This document shows, piece after piece, positions 1 to 11,814 of a stretch of DNA of 64,000 nt. The stretch's first letter is position 1, and each line of letters opens with the position of its first letter. Below the pieces are notes generated by a model. That model was not told the DNA's origin and did no database searches. It was given only the letters and a program-made list of their open reading frames with translations. This DNA is from Octopus sinensis (taxonomy: Eukaryota): contig NC_042997.1 of NCBI RefSeq assembly GCF_006345805.1, positions 133,424,001-133,488,000 on the forward strand, given 5' to 3'. The position numbers were made by a program, and so were the translations under genes.

Positions 1-291
1 ACATCAAACACCATGATGTTGACTGGATGTTGATTTTATCACTTCGGTAAATGTCCTGAGATTGACACCGAGACACTCTGAAATGTTCGTATTCGAGCTT
101 CTGGTGCGAATGCCAAGCAGTACAGCATGTCATTTCCAAAGTTCTGGCAGAGTGAGAATTGCATCATGGTACTGTTTTCTCACAGACGGTGCCCAACTGA
201 CTCTAACTACACTGTGTAGTCGACAAAAGCAAACAATGTGCATGCGCAGAATTAACAATATAAAATGGTGACAATTTACCCATCGCACCCT
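1..291 (-). mobile_element. Partial duplicate of the end of the adjacent mariner/maT-like element (cut by the window edge)
   Basis: Near-identical to ~1013-1305 apart from 1-2 nt indels. Ends in the same TIR (GGTGACAATTTACCCATCGCACCCT) followed by (TA)n. Confidence 0.8.
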
Positions 292-297
292 ATATAT

Positions 298-328
<31 letters not shown>

Positions 329-352
329 CTACCTACCTACCTACCTATCTAT

Positions 353-386
<34 letters not shown>

Positions 387-387
387 C

Positions 388-447
<60 letters not shown>

Positions 448-484
448 GTCTGTCGGTCTATCTACATTCACAAACACACATATA

Positions 485-1300
485 CAGGGTACGGTGAATA
501 AACTGTCGTTTAAATTACGCAAAAATCAAAATAATACCAACATCTCATTTTAACATATATTTACCAAAATTACGTAAAAATATCTTGAAATACTAAAGAG
601 AAAATTTATTCAATAAAATCGCCATTGGCTTCAACCACAGCCGCCAGACGACTTTGGAATATTCTGCAACTCTTCCGGACGGTCTCTGTTTAAGTTGGTG
701 AATGCTGACATAATCCTTGCCTTCCGTTCATTTTGGCGTGACAAAGAGATTTGTTGGTCTCTCGCACCACTGTGCCCCACACATAATAATCAAGAGCGCG
801 GCAGTCTGGAGAATTAGGCGGCCAGATGTTAAGGGTGATGTGGTCTCAGAAATTGTCTGACAGCCATGACTGGATTTTCCTATTTTTGTGGCATGGTACA
901 GAGTCTTGTTGCAACAAAACCCCTTTACCCAGGGCAGCACTATCTACCTCCGTGTTGTGTCTGAGGCCGTGTGTGAAGACGAATGGAGCCATAACGTCGC
1001 CATCACTAGTGAACACATCAAACACCATGATGTTGACTGGATGTTTGATTTTTATCACTCTCGGTAAATGTCCTGAGATTGACACCGAGACACTCTGAAA
1101 TGTTCGTATTCGAGCTTCTGGTGCGAATGCCAAGCAGTACAGCATGTCATTTCCAAAGTTCTGGCAGAGTGAATTGCATCATGGTACTGTTTTCTCACAG
1201 ACGGTGCCCAACTGACTCTACTACACTGTGTAGTCGACAAAAGCAAACAATGTGCATGCGCAGAATTAACAATATAAAATGGTGACAATTTACCCATCGC

Positions 1301-1306
<6 letters not shown>
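485..1306 (-). mobile_element. Internally deleted Tc1/mariner element, probably DD37D (maT)-like
   Basis: Imperfect TIRs CAGGGTACGGTGAATAAACTGTC and GACAATTTACCCATCGCACCCTA with TA flanks. Minus-strand transposase relics MVFDVFTSDGDVMAPFVF, QQDSVPCH and WPPNSPDCRALDYYVWG. Confidence 0.75.
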
Positions 1307-1350
<44 letters not shown>

Positions 1351-1700
1351 GAAAAATGCATTAAATAAATACTACAAAACGTACACGCAGTTATCGACGA
1401 AAATACTAATACTCAGTTTCGTGCTTTTAGCTTCGTATATCGGCAGCACCCGCAAAATTTTCATAGAATTAGGACAAGACAATAGAGGGTGGACGTACGA
1501 AAGTAAACTAATGTAAAGTGAAACGATAAACGAAGACGGAATAAATACGGCCTTTCATCTAAACACGAGAATTATGGGTAACGACTAGAAGAAATCCCCA
1601 ATGGATATAGAAAGAGAAATAGCAAGAGAGGATAAAATGTTGATCGGCAGGCTAAGTGTCCGACGGTAGAAAGGCAGAGATGAGACAAATTAATCACGGG

Positions 1701-1763
<63 letters not shown>

Positions 1764-2898
1764 CAGGGGTTGAACAAAATAATGGAAACACCTTAAAATT
1801 TCAAACAAATATATATTTTAATATGGGGTAGGACCGCCTTTGGCAGTAATTGCCTTGAATTCTACGAGTTATAGACTGGCACAAAGTTTGAATTGTTTCC
1901 AAGGGAATTTTTGTCCATTCTTCAGCTAAAAAAGTCTCCAGTTCTTGTAGCGATGATGGCGGAGGATATCGACTCTTTACTTCTTTTTCTAAAATGCACC
2001 ATAAATGTTCAATAATATTGAGATCTGAGGACTGTGGTGGCCAGATAAGATGTTCAACTTCACTAGAATGTTACTCGTGCCATTCAGTAATAATTTTATC
2101 TGTGTGAATTGGTGCATTACCATCCTGAAAGATTGCGTTTCCCTCCGGAGATAGCTCCGCAACAATAGGATGAATTTGATCAAATAAAATGCTTAATTTT
2201 GACTATTAATTCTGCCATAAAGGGCCGGTGGATTTCCAAGATATGGCTCCGCAGATCATCTTTTGGCTGTCTACACACATATACTCGACTGGTGGTTGGA
2301 AATAAGATAAAGGATGACTCGTTCAAGAAAATAACATTCTTCCACTGCTCTAGGTCTTTACTCCACTCTAAACGCTTTGCAACGTTTGTTTTTGAAAGTA
2401 GTGGTTTTCTGATTGTAGCCCTCCTGTGAAATCCGGTTTTGTACAGATCCCGTCGAACAGTATTTGTGGAAACTGGGTTCTCGAGGTGGTCATTAAGCTC
2501 TGCAGTAATTTTGGGAGCTGCAATTTTGTGATCTTTTCTAACAATTCGCGTAAGAGTCCGACGGTCCCTATCTGAAAGTTTTGGTTTTCTTCCGGAGTTT
2601 TCTTTCGACGAGGCAGTTTTTCCCTCTTTCTCAATACACCAAACATTTCGGCTAGCGCCTACCATACGAACACCAACAATACCGACCTCCTTGAAAGTCC
2701 GATAGATCAGTCATTTTAATGAATTTTAATTACCTTTTTCTGATGATATCTGAAACGAAACAGGAATTTTAGCAAAACATATTAAGCAACACTAATAATA
2801 TATTAAAAAAAAACATAAAAATAAACTAGCTTTTGACGGTTTTATAGAAATTTCAAAATTATGATGCTAGGTGTTTCCGTTATTTTGCCCAATTCCTG
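1764..2898 (-). mobile_element. Tc1-like DNA transposon with decayed transposase
   Basis: ~30-bp TIRs CAGGGGTTGAACAAAATAATGGAAACACCT and AGGTGTTTCCGTTATTTTGCCCAATTCCTG with TA TSD. HTH region GRKPKLSDRDRRTLTRIVRK (ORF 2180-2665), then IFQDGNAPIH and WPPQSSDLNIIE in another frame. Confidence 0.92.
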
Positions 2899-3268
2899 TA
2901 AATATGTGTGGGGGCTGCGTGTGTATTTACTTATATACATATGCATATATGTATATATAGATATGTATATGCATACACGCGTACATATTTATGCATAAAA
3001 ATATATTTAGTCTCTAATTATGAGACCTTTATTGTAACATACTGTGATATATGCTTAATGTTTATATGTAAGTGTGTGTATGCATGCATGTAGGTATGTA
3101 TATATCGATATGTGCATTTCTTATATTTTGATATATCATATACATGCATATTTATATTAGATTATTTTAGTGTATAATATTACCTATAATATTATATCAT
3201 ATACAACTATATAATATTCATACATGTATGTATGTATGTATGTATGTATGTATGTGTGTGGGGGGAGG

Positions 3269-3302
<34 letters not shown>

Positions 3303-3769
3303 CGCATAATTTATTTTAGATTGTGCTTCCTTATTAATAAAAAAAATTTGTTATTCATATACTGCGGGGTGAATGTTGGTAGAAATTTTATTTATGAATA
3401 ACGATTTCTGTCAAAGAGAACCCGATGTCAATAACACTGAATATAGTTTATTTGAAAAATTTATTGCGGTTAAATCTGTATGCGTCCATCTTCCCTTCCC
3501 AGGTTTCGTTTTCACGTAGCTAATGCCTACTCTCCACTTTCACCCCTGTTTTAATTATTTGAGCGCTTTCAGCTTCTCAGTGAAAACTTTGCCAGTTCAA
3601 GTTTTTCTCTTTCATTTCTCTCTTGCAGTCTATCTTCCAGCATCTATTTCTCATTCTCCATTTTCGGTTTTTCATTCTCACTATTTTACTATTTCTCTCT
3701 CTCTCTTTCTTTCTCTTTCTCTTTTTCTCTCTCTCTCTCTCTATCTATCTCCCCCCTCTCCCTCCTCTT

Positions 3770-3811
<42 letters not shown>

Positions 3812-4303
3812 GTATATTTTCTTTTTCTTTATTTCCTACACTTTTGTCCCTCTTGCTTCCTTTTTCTTCCCTCTCACAGTAGAAATCACTGCAAGTTAAC
3901 CGTTTTACAGTTCTAGTGTAGAGCTGCTGCTGATTATACCAGTATCAACCCACTACAAACAACGAAGAAGATGCAATTATAACCAGAATTTCAGTCATAC
4001 AACACAAACCTTTCTATTTAGAGGACTACAGAATCCTGTGCACTTCATGTCAATCAATTACTCCCACAAGTAAACATTGGCAGCTGCTGGACAACATCTG
4101 AGGAATACAACTAAGATAATGACCAATTCTATGTAGGATACTCAAAGATCTACGACTCTGTTGATAATACTGTAGGCGTTGCATAGCTATGTAATAATAT
4201 GGCAATGTTGCTAAGGTTCTGAGAGACAAAGATCAAAATTCATATAAGCTATGGTTGATCGTAATTCTTATAAGATTTTTTTTTTATCACAAAATCTATT
4301 GTA

Positions 4304-4869
4304 TTGGGTTGACTGGAAAGTTCGTGCCGATTTTTGAAGGAAAGAAAAGGGTCAATAAATACTTGCCATTACATTTTTAATCAACCAAATATGAACCATT
4401 TTGTTGTACAATGCGTCTCCATCTTTCCTTTAACTTGAAAATACCCTCTTCCCAGAATTAAGGTGGTTTCATGGAAAAGAATTCATCAAGGTATATTTTT
4501 ATGTCATCCAAGGAATTGGAATTTTTACCAGTAACACTATTCTGCAGAGACCTGAATGAGTGGAAATCCGAAGGAGCAATATCTGGTGAATATGGAGGGT
4601 GGGGTAACACATCCCAGCCGAGCTGCAGCAATTTTTGTCTGGTTCCTAAAGCATCAAGGGCCGAAAATGAACTTTCTTATCTTCCATTTTAAAGGGTTAC
4701 AGAATTATCACAGGTTTTAGAAACATATATCTTCTTCCACGAAAAGATAGCTTAAACTGTGCTGTAAATGGAGGTATAGTCAAATCCTATTTTATTGGCT
4801 CAGCCATGTTCTAAAATAAGTCGAAAGGTAAGCTACTATAAATCGGCACGAACTTTCCGGACAACCCAA
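4304..4869 (-). mobile_element. Non-autonomous mariner (DD34D) deletion derivative
   Basis: TIRs TTGGGTTGACTGGAAAGTTCGTGCCGATT and AATCGGCACGAACTTTCCGGACAACCCAA with TA TSD. Minus-strand GWDVLPHPPYSPDIAPSDFH...FWEEGIFKLKERW. Confidence 0.9.
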
Positions 4870-6023
4870 TAGTTCTATAAATTTAATGTGAGTGTTTCTG
4901 CCGATTTCCACACGTTAGAGAATGATTTTATTTTTCAGCGTGGTTTAACTCCCGGCAGAGTGCTTTTTATGAATTATCTTAAGAATGAAAATATTTCAAG
5001 TATTTCTAGAATAAAAGAAAATATATTATGTTCAATGATAGATCTCAATAAAATAAAATTGCTTTCATAACTATTTAACCATGTAATCTTATTGTATATG
5101 CTGCATTTAGATGCCTTTTCTAGAGAAATCCAAAACCAAATGTACCTTTATTTCTTACAAATTCTTATACAAGGCCAGCAATTTTAATAAGATGGGGAGG
5201 CCAATAACATCAACCTTAGTGCTTCACTGCTACTTAGTTTACCGACACCAAAAGGATGAAAGGCAAAGTCGATCGCTACGGAATTTGAACTCAGAATGTA
5301 AAGAGACAGAAGTATTTTTTTCCTGCTCCCTTACAATCTGCAAGCTCGCCTCCTTAGATTGTACTTTTATTAAGAACACTTTTACACTCTTTGTACCTAC
5401 ATTTTAACATAGGCAACGCCGGGTATCTTGATAGTAGATAATATACACATCTAATTGTATATTCATAGAATTGGCGCACCTTCGTGTCTGAAATTTTTGA
5501 TTGTTATAGTTTGAAGAATTACATATTATGAAGTATTTTGTTATGTACACATATTTACTGATCTGCAGCGCCCCGGTCATATTTTAAAAAGATGAAGCAA
5601 AATATATTCCATGAATTTTTTGTTTCACAGAATATTATGTATCGGTTGCTATACAGACATTACTTGGTCTCAGCGTAACTGTATTGCACTACTCTCTTTC
5701 TAACATAACACATATGCTTAAAGTACATGTAATGTCTAGATTTTAATGTATTTTATACATGTGTGTGGGCGAGCGTGTGCCTATGTCTGTAAATACATAC
5801 TATACACACACATACATATATGCAAGCATATATATATATATATATATATAATATGTGTGTGTGGTGTGTGTTTGTATATATATATACATATATATATGTT
5901 ATATATATATATATATATATACGTATATATATATGTATATATATATGTATATACATATATATATATATATGTATATATATATGCATTATATATATACATA
6001 TATATACATATATATATAATATG

Positions 6024-6057
<34 letters not shown>

Positions 6058-6172
6058 ATACATACATACATACATACATACATACATACATACATACATA
6101 CAAAATTTAGAGAAATGACCATTAATAGTGGACAGCCTATTTTTAAAAACTATGCTAGACCACTGGTTTTAA

Positions 6173-6754
6173 TTGATTAATATCAATTTCTACCCTTATT
6201 TAATTTTATGGCAACTCCAGTCCGACCCGTCCACTTCACACTTCTTCCCTAACCGACCCCTCCCTTCCTTCAAACGATCCCATAACCTACGAGACCTCTT
6301 GGTCCACAGCTTCTTCTCTGACCCTACCTCCCAACCTGGCTCGTTCCCCTGCTCCCGCCCGCGTTGCCGCACTTGCCCTTACCTCTCCAACACCACCCTC
6401 CTCACCGGCACCCATCATCGACCCTATCGCATTATCGACTCGTTCACCTGCACCTCCAGCAATATCATCTATTGCATCTCCTGCTCTCTCTGCCATTCCA
6501 TGTACATTGGACAAACGGGACGCCGCTTGGCTGACCGATTCGCGGAACACATCCGAGACATCCGCCTCGCCAATGACACTCCAGTCTCACGCCATTTCCG
6601 CTCCACCGGTCACGCCTTGCAACACCTGTCTGTGTTCGGATTGTCCTTGCACAGAGGCCATCCGGATTTCCGCTTGCGCCGTGAACATGGATTAATCTTC
6701 TCTCTTCGCTCTTTTACGCCATTTGGGCTCAACTCTCCCACCCTTTTCATCTAA
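6173..6754 (+). pseudogene. GIY-YIG endonuclease domain of a Penelope-like element (open frame, but no RT and no true start)
   Basis: FKRSHNLRDLLV, PCSRPRCRTC, FTCTSSNIIYCISCSLCHSMYIGQTGRRLADRFAEH, PVSRHF, RLRRE...PFGLN are typical PLE linker and GIY-YIG motifs. Confidence 0.88.
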
Positions 6755-7780
6755 CCTCCCCACCCCCGACTCCTAATTCTCTTCAGTACTTCGTCTTTTC
6801 ACCCCTACTCCCTTTCCCTCCTCTTCCCTTCTGTCCCTTCTTCCCCCTTCTTCCCTCTTCTCTCTCTTCTTCCCTCTTCCCCTTCTCTCTTTCTCTCTGC
6901 TCCCTCACTCCCCTTCTCTCCTCCCCCCCTCCCCCTCCCCCTCCCCTCCTCCTCCTCTCCCCCTCCCTCTCCCCTCCCCTCCTCCTCCTCTCCGCCTCTC
7001 CCCTCCCCTCCTTCTTCTCATCTCCCTCCTTCTCCTCCTCCCTCCTCCTCCTCTCTCTCTCCTCCTCATCTCCTCTCTCCCCTCTCTCTCCACCCATCCT
7101 CTCCCTTCTCTTCTCTCCCCCTCTCACTCTCCCCACAACCCCCACTCTACCCCAACCCTCAGCCGAACCCACGTCCCACCTGGGCTTTCCCCACTCTCGC
7201 CCCCCACCTCCCTACAATATCACACCACACTACACTACACCATACAACATTACACATCACATCACAACACACCACCCACAGCACACCGCCCACACACCCA
7301 TCCCCACATCTTTACACCTACACATACAAACACACATATCACATCACAACACACCTCCCACACACCCATCCCCACATCTCCACACCCACACATACATACA
7401 CACACACATCCAGACCACCAGCTCTCTTTCACACGCACATACATACTCTCTTATACACACACGCACCTTTGTGTTGGGGGCACCTTCGTTTTGGAAGTCA
7501 CTTGACGCTGTTATCTCCCCTACTGTCCCTCTAGCGTCTGACCTCTGACCTCTGCCCGAAGTCAGAACGCCATGATAGATCGTTAGCTCCTATACGAATT
7601 TTTTTCTCTCCTTGTTTCTCTCCTTGTTTTTTTTTCTGTGTATCTTTCTGTCGAAGAGCGTAGGCTCGAAACGTAAAAGACTTGTTCTATTTCTATTCCT
7701 GAGCGCCATACTAATACATTTGTTTGTTTGTACTCCACCTGCCTTCGTCTTTTGTTTATTTTCGTAAACCTTCCCGTTAT
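6205..7780 (+). mobile_element. 5'-truncated Penelope-like retroelement (Neptune-type) with GIY-YIG remnant, CT-rich 3' region and HHR-bearing terminus
   Basis: GIY-YIG ORF followed by a pyrimidine-rich tract and an HHR-like motif at 7643-7680, ending at (TA)n. The 3' part recurs at 47750-48190. Confidence 0.85.
7643..7680 (+). ncRNA. Minimal type I hammerhead-like motif (A6U core variant)
   Basis: TCTTT-CTGTCGA-A-GAGC(GTAG)GCTC-GAAA-CG-TA-AAAGA. Stem I TCTTT/AAAGA, palindromic stem III ACGT. Confidence 0.65.
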
Positions 7781-8347
7781 ATATATATATATATACATAC
7801 ACACACACACACAACACACACACACACACGAGCGCACACACACACACGAGCGCACACACACACACACACACATATATATATTAATCATAAGGACACATTA
7901 AAGTCTCTACCCGCTAGAAATAAGAGCTAAAACCGTTATTTGAACCACCAAAAACTTAACACTGAAAACAACAGATTCAACAGGATACTAGCAGATCGAA
8001 AGAATCTCCCGTGTACCAATATAGCATAAAGCTATATATTTAAAGTTAAAGGTATATATGTGGAGCAGTTTCTCGTTTAATATATAAATCTTACCTTCCT
8101 CAGCGCAACTTAACCTTTTGAAATACTATCTGAATCTGCAACGTTCAAATATGCAAGCGTCGTTAAATGCTCAGCGTCAAAATGCGGACAGCCGATTAAT
8201 ATAGTTTCATTCTTTAGATATATAATACCATGGTGGTGGGGGGCGCAACCACCTATATTAATGTTTCTGTTATCATTATCTATTTATATTGCCTTCCATA
8301 ATAATAGCAATTTAATATTTAACTTTGCTTAACCATTTTCTCACACC

Positions 8348-8395
8348 GTCTCCGATGAAGAGCTATATAAAATATCCCTGAAACAGCTGTAAGAC
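8348..8395 (+). ncRNA. Minimal type I hammerhead motif (U4C variant) in a probable PLE terminus (~7880-8460)
   Basis: GTCT-CCGATGA-(imperfect stem II)-GAAA-CAGCTG-TA-AGAC. Palindromic stem III ACAGCTGT. Confidence 0.7.
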
Positions 8396-8463
8396 ATTTT
8401 ATTTATAATGTTCTGAAATCTTTCACACACTTGGATTTTTATCCCATTCTGTTAATTGTATAT

Positions 8464-8517
<54 letters not shown>

Positions 8518-8614
8518 TATATACATAACATATATATATATAAAGATATATATACATACACGCATACATACATATATTGTATATATATATATATATATAT
8601 ATATTATATTATAT

Positions 8615-9022
8615 AATATGAATAAATAAATGGAGTTTAATAACTCCATATGCTGTTACTATTCAGTTAGCAGTTATTAATAAACCTGATTAAAGTATTA
8701 TAAATAGATGAGTGTATTTTTACCTTGTTAATAATTACACGGAAAAAAAATAATAAATTGGTACCAGGGTAAGAATACACTCATCTATTTATAATACTTT
8801 AATCAGGTTTATTAATAACCTGCTAACTGAATAGTAACAGCATATGGAGTTATTAAACTCCATTTATTTATTCATATATTATACAAAAAAGTCCACGTAA
8901 ACACAAAGTTTCTACCTTTATAAACAAGGAGTTACAACATCTTTACTTGTGAGATTTTTTGCTACCCTGATAACTATTTTTTTTCCGTGTTAATTGTTAA
9001 CAAGGTAAAAATACACTCATCT
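8615..9022. repeat. Inverted plus partial-tandem repeat (~238-bp unit), PLE pLTR-like architecture
   Basis: 8615-8719 is the reverse complement of 8773-8878. 8720-8770 is the reverse complement of ~8962-9010. AATACACTCATCTAT occurs at ~8773 and ~9010. Confidence 0.8.
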
Positions 9023-9079
9023 ATGTACACCACCTGTCTTCGTCTTTTGTTTTTTTTCGTAAACTCTCCCTATATATAT

Positions 9080-9122
<43 letters not shown>

Positions 9123-9147
9123 ACACACACACACATATATATATATA

Positions 9148-10219
9148 TATAGTAAAGAAAAAATAAGATGGCTAGCAGCAAGCTGTTTCGCCTCATACCG
9201 AAGGAATTAGAAATGGCAGTCAAAGACCGTTTTTCCAATTTCTATAAGTGGAGAATCCAAAAACGAAGGCCCTTACGGCTCACATACACAAAACCGGAGT
9301 GGCAAATATACGAAGTCAGTCACTTACCGTCTATGTTTGCGATCCAGAAACATATGTTCGCTATTAACGGTAAGTGACTGACTTCGTATATTTGCCACTC
9401 CGGTTTTGTGTATGTGAGCCGTAAGGGCCTTCGTTTTTGGATTCTCCACTTATAGAAATTGGAAAAACAGTCTTTGACTGCCATTTCTAATTCCTTCGGT
9501 ATGAGGCGAAACAGCTTGCTGCTAGCCATCTTATTTTTTCTTTACTATATACTGAACCTTACAAAAGTCCTGACAATTAATTTGTCGTATTTACATACCG
9601 AAATTTACCGGTAAATAATTGTTGGTTACATGAAAAACCACAGGAAAATTATTTACCATTTTTACTGCATTACCATGTGGATTCCTCATTCCATTACGAT
9701 TACCCAGAAAGCGCGCATGGCAGAATTTTGGAGGGAAAATTTACGTTCCCAGTCGCCACTTAGTTTTAACATCTGCGCTCTTCCCCCCACTATCTGATGT
9801 CGCTGGGTCAGAAGTGAGGGCTAGTGGCATTTGGTAAAGCTATCGAATATAGCGCCGATGACGGAATTCAAACTGATTTCTATGTTTGCGATCCAGAAAC
9901 ATATGTTCGCTATGAACGGTAAGTGACTGACTTCGTATATTTGCCACTCCGGTTTTGTGTATGTGAGCCGTAAGGGCCTTCGTTTTTGGATTCTCCACTT
10001 ATAGAAATTGGAAAAACGGTCTTTGACTGCCATTTCTAATTCCTTCGGTATGAGGCGAAACAGCTTGCTGCTTGCCATCTTATTTTTTCTTTACTATATA
10101 CTGAACCTTACAAAGGTCCTGACAATTAATTTGTCGTATTTACATACCGAAATTTACCGGTAAATAATTGTTGGTTACATGAAAAACCACAGGAAAATTA
10201 TTTACCATTTTTACTGCAT
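9148..10219 (+). mobile_element. Non-coding PLE/retrozyme-like insertion: inverted head plus 1.6 tandem copies of a 549-bp unit, within (TA)n
   Basis: 9148-9330 is the reverse complement of ~9368-9551. 9331-9671 repeats at 9880-10219. The unit carries an HHR at 9849-9913. Confidence 0.85.
9849..9913 (+). ncRNA. Type I hammerhead motif with extended stem II (U4C variant)
   Basis: ATAGCG-CCGATGA-C-GGA..CAAAC..GTTTG..TCC-A-GAAA-CATATG-TT-CGCTAT. Perfect 6-bp stem I, palindromic stem III ACATATGT. Confidence 0.75.
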
Positions 10220-10292
10220 ATATATATATATACATATATATAAGATATATATACATATATATAAGATATATATACATATATATATATATATA

Positions 10293-10342
<50 letters not shown>

Positions 10343-10373
10343 TATAAAAGAGTAATGAGTAATATATATATAT

Positions 10374-10405
<32 letters not shown>

Positions 10406-10589
10406 GGTGCAGGAGTGGCTGTGTGGTAAGTAGCTTGCTTACCAACCACAGGGTTCTAGATTCAGTCCCACTGCGTGGCACCTAGTCAAGTGTCGTCTAC
10501 TATAGCCTCGGGCCGACCAAAGCCTTGTGAGTGGATTTGGTAGACGGAAACTGAAAGAAGCCCGTCGTATATATGTATATATATATATA

Positions 10590-10635
<46 letters not shown>

Positions 10636-10820
10636 TGAGTGTGTCTCCCCCTCAGCATCGTTTGTTTACGTCCCCGTAACTTAGCGGTTCGGCAAAAGAG
10701 AAACCAATAGAATAAGTACTAGGCTTACAAAAAAGTCCTGGGGTCGATTTGCTCGACTAAAGGCGGTGCTCCAGCATGGCCGCCGTCAAATGACTGAAAC
10801 AAGTAAAAGAGTAAAAGAGT
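10406..10820 (+). mobile_element. tRNA-derived CORE-like SINE (family A)
   Basis: Head with A/B-box-like motifs (GTGGCTGTGTGGTAAG...GTTCAGTCCC), CORE-like body, internal (TA)n(TG)n and tail (GTAAAAGA)n. Many copies in the window. Confidence 0.88.
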
Positions 10821-10829
10821 ATACATATA

Positions 10830-11410
10830 AAGGACAGCACTTTTCGGCAAACAAGGTTTTAACTTAGCATTTTAATGGAAAGTGAAAGTGTCTAACATTT
10901 CGGGTGTTAGTTTTTCATCTGAAGAAAGAGACGGATAGAAAAATTTGTCAGTGAGAAGGGAGCGGGCAAAGGTATAGAAACTAAGTGGGGAAAACTGTTT
11001 TATAAAGAAGGGTTAAGAAGGAAGGAAGCGGTAAGTGTGTAGATACAAGTATAAGAGAATATCGATATCTTGAAGCGGGCATGGTGGAAGTAATGAGCGT
11101 GTGATATGTGGTATATGGATAAACATAGAAATATGGAATCCTGGAAGTATAATAACGTCAATTTAACGGGTGTGTAGCCGTTAGGCGAGCAGTGTCAAGC
11201 TGTTTATATAAGGTAGGAAGGAGAAGGTGAAGGAATAAATATATTGGTGGTGTAAATGGGATGGCAAAAGTAATGTGAAAGGTGTCATTGGTGGACGCGC
11301 AAGTGTGTAATAAAAGTAAGCGGGGGAGCGGAAGCGGTTTTCAAACATAGAGGAAGGATTAAATCAAAATATGGAAAAGAGAAAACCTTCTGGGAAGAAA
11401 GGAAAAGTGA
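10830..11410 (-). mobile_element. Highly decayed Penelope-like 3' fragment
   Basis: The minus strand is pyrimidine-rich, has a faint GIY-YIG-like relic near 11170-11215 and a decayed HHR-like CAGATGA...GAAATGTT near 10890-10925. Confidence 0.35.
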
Positions 11411-11581
11411 AATAATTGGTGAATATTACACTACTAAGTAAATGGTCATTTATAGGTGTATGTATGTATGTATGTATGTATGTATGTATGTATGTATGTA
11501 TGTATGCACATACACACAGTGTGTGTGTGTGTGTGAGTGAGTGTGTGCACGTGTGTGTGTGCGTATGTAAGATTGGCAAAA

Positions 11582-11814
11582 GGCGGCGAGCTGGCAGAAT
11601 CGTTAGCACGCCGGGCGAAATACTTTGCGGTATTTCGTCTCTCTTTATGTTCTGAGTTCAAATTCCGCTGAGATCGACTTTGCCTTTCATCCTTTCGGGG
11701 TCGATAAATTAAGTACCAGTTACTCACTGGGGTCGATGTAATCGACTTAATCCCTTTGTCTGTCCTTGTTTGTCCCCTGTATGTTTAGCCCCTTGTAGGC
11801 AATAAAGAAATAAG
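11582..11814 (+). mobile_element. SINE family B
   Basis: GGCGGCGAGCTGGCAGAATCGTTAGC head, GAGTTCAAATTCC B box, body GACTTTGCCTTTCATCCTTTCGGGGTCGAT. Multiple copies. Confidence 0.88.

Noticed and set aside
1390-1452. Possible minus-strand HHR relic (GTGCTG-CCGATAT...GAAACTGAGTA)
   Set aside because: Core positions 8-9 and stem II do not fit. At best heavily decayed.
9168-10078. Three copies of ORF MASSKLFRLIPKELEM...
   Set aside because: A by-product of the inverted and tandem repeat. It is antisense to the HHR strand and has no recognisable domain.
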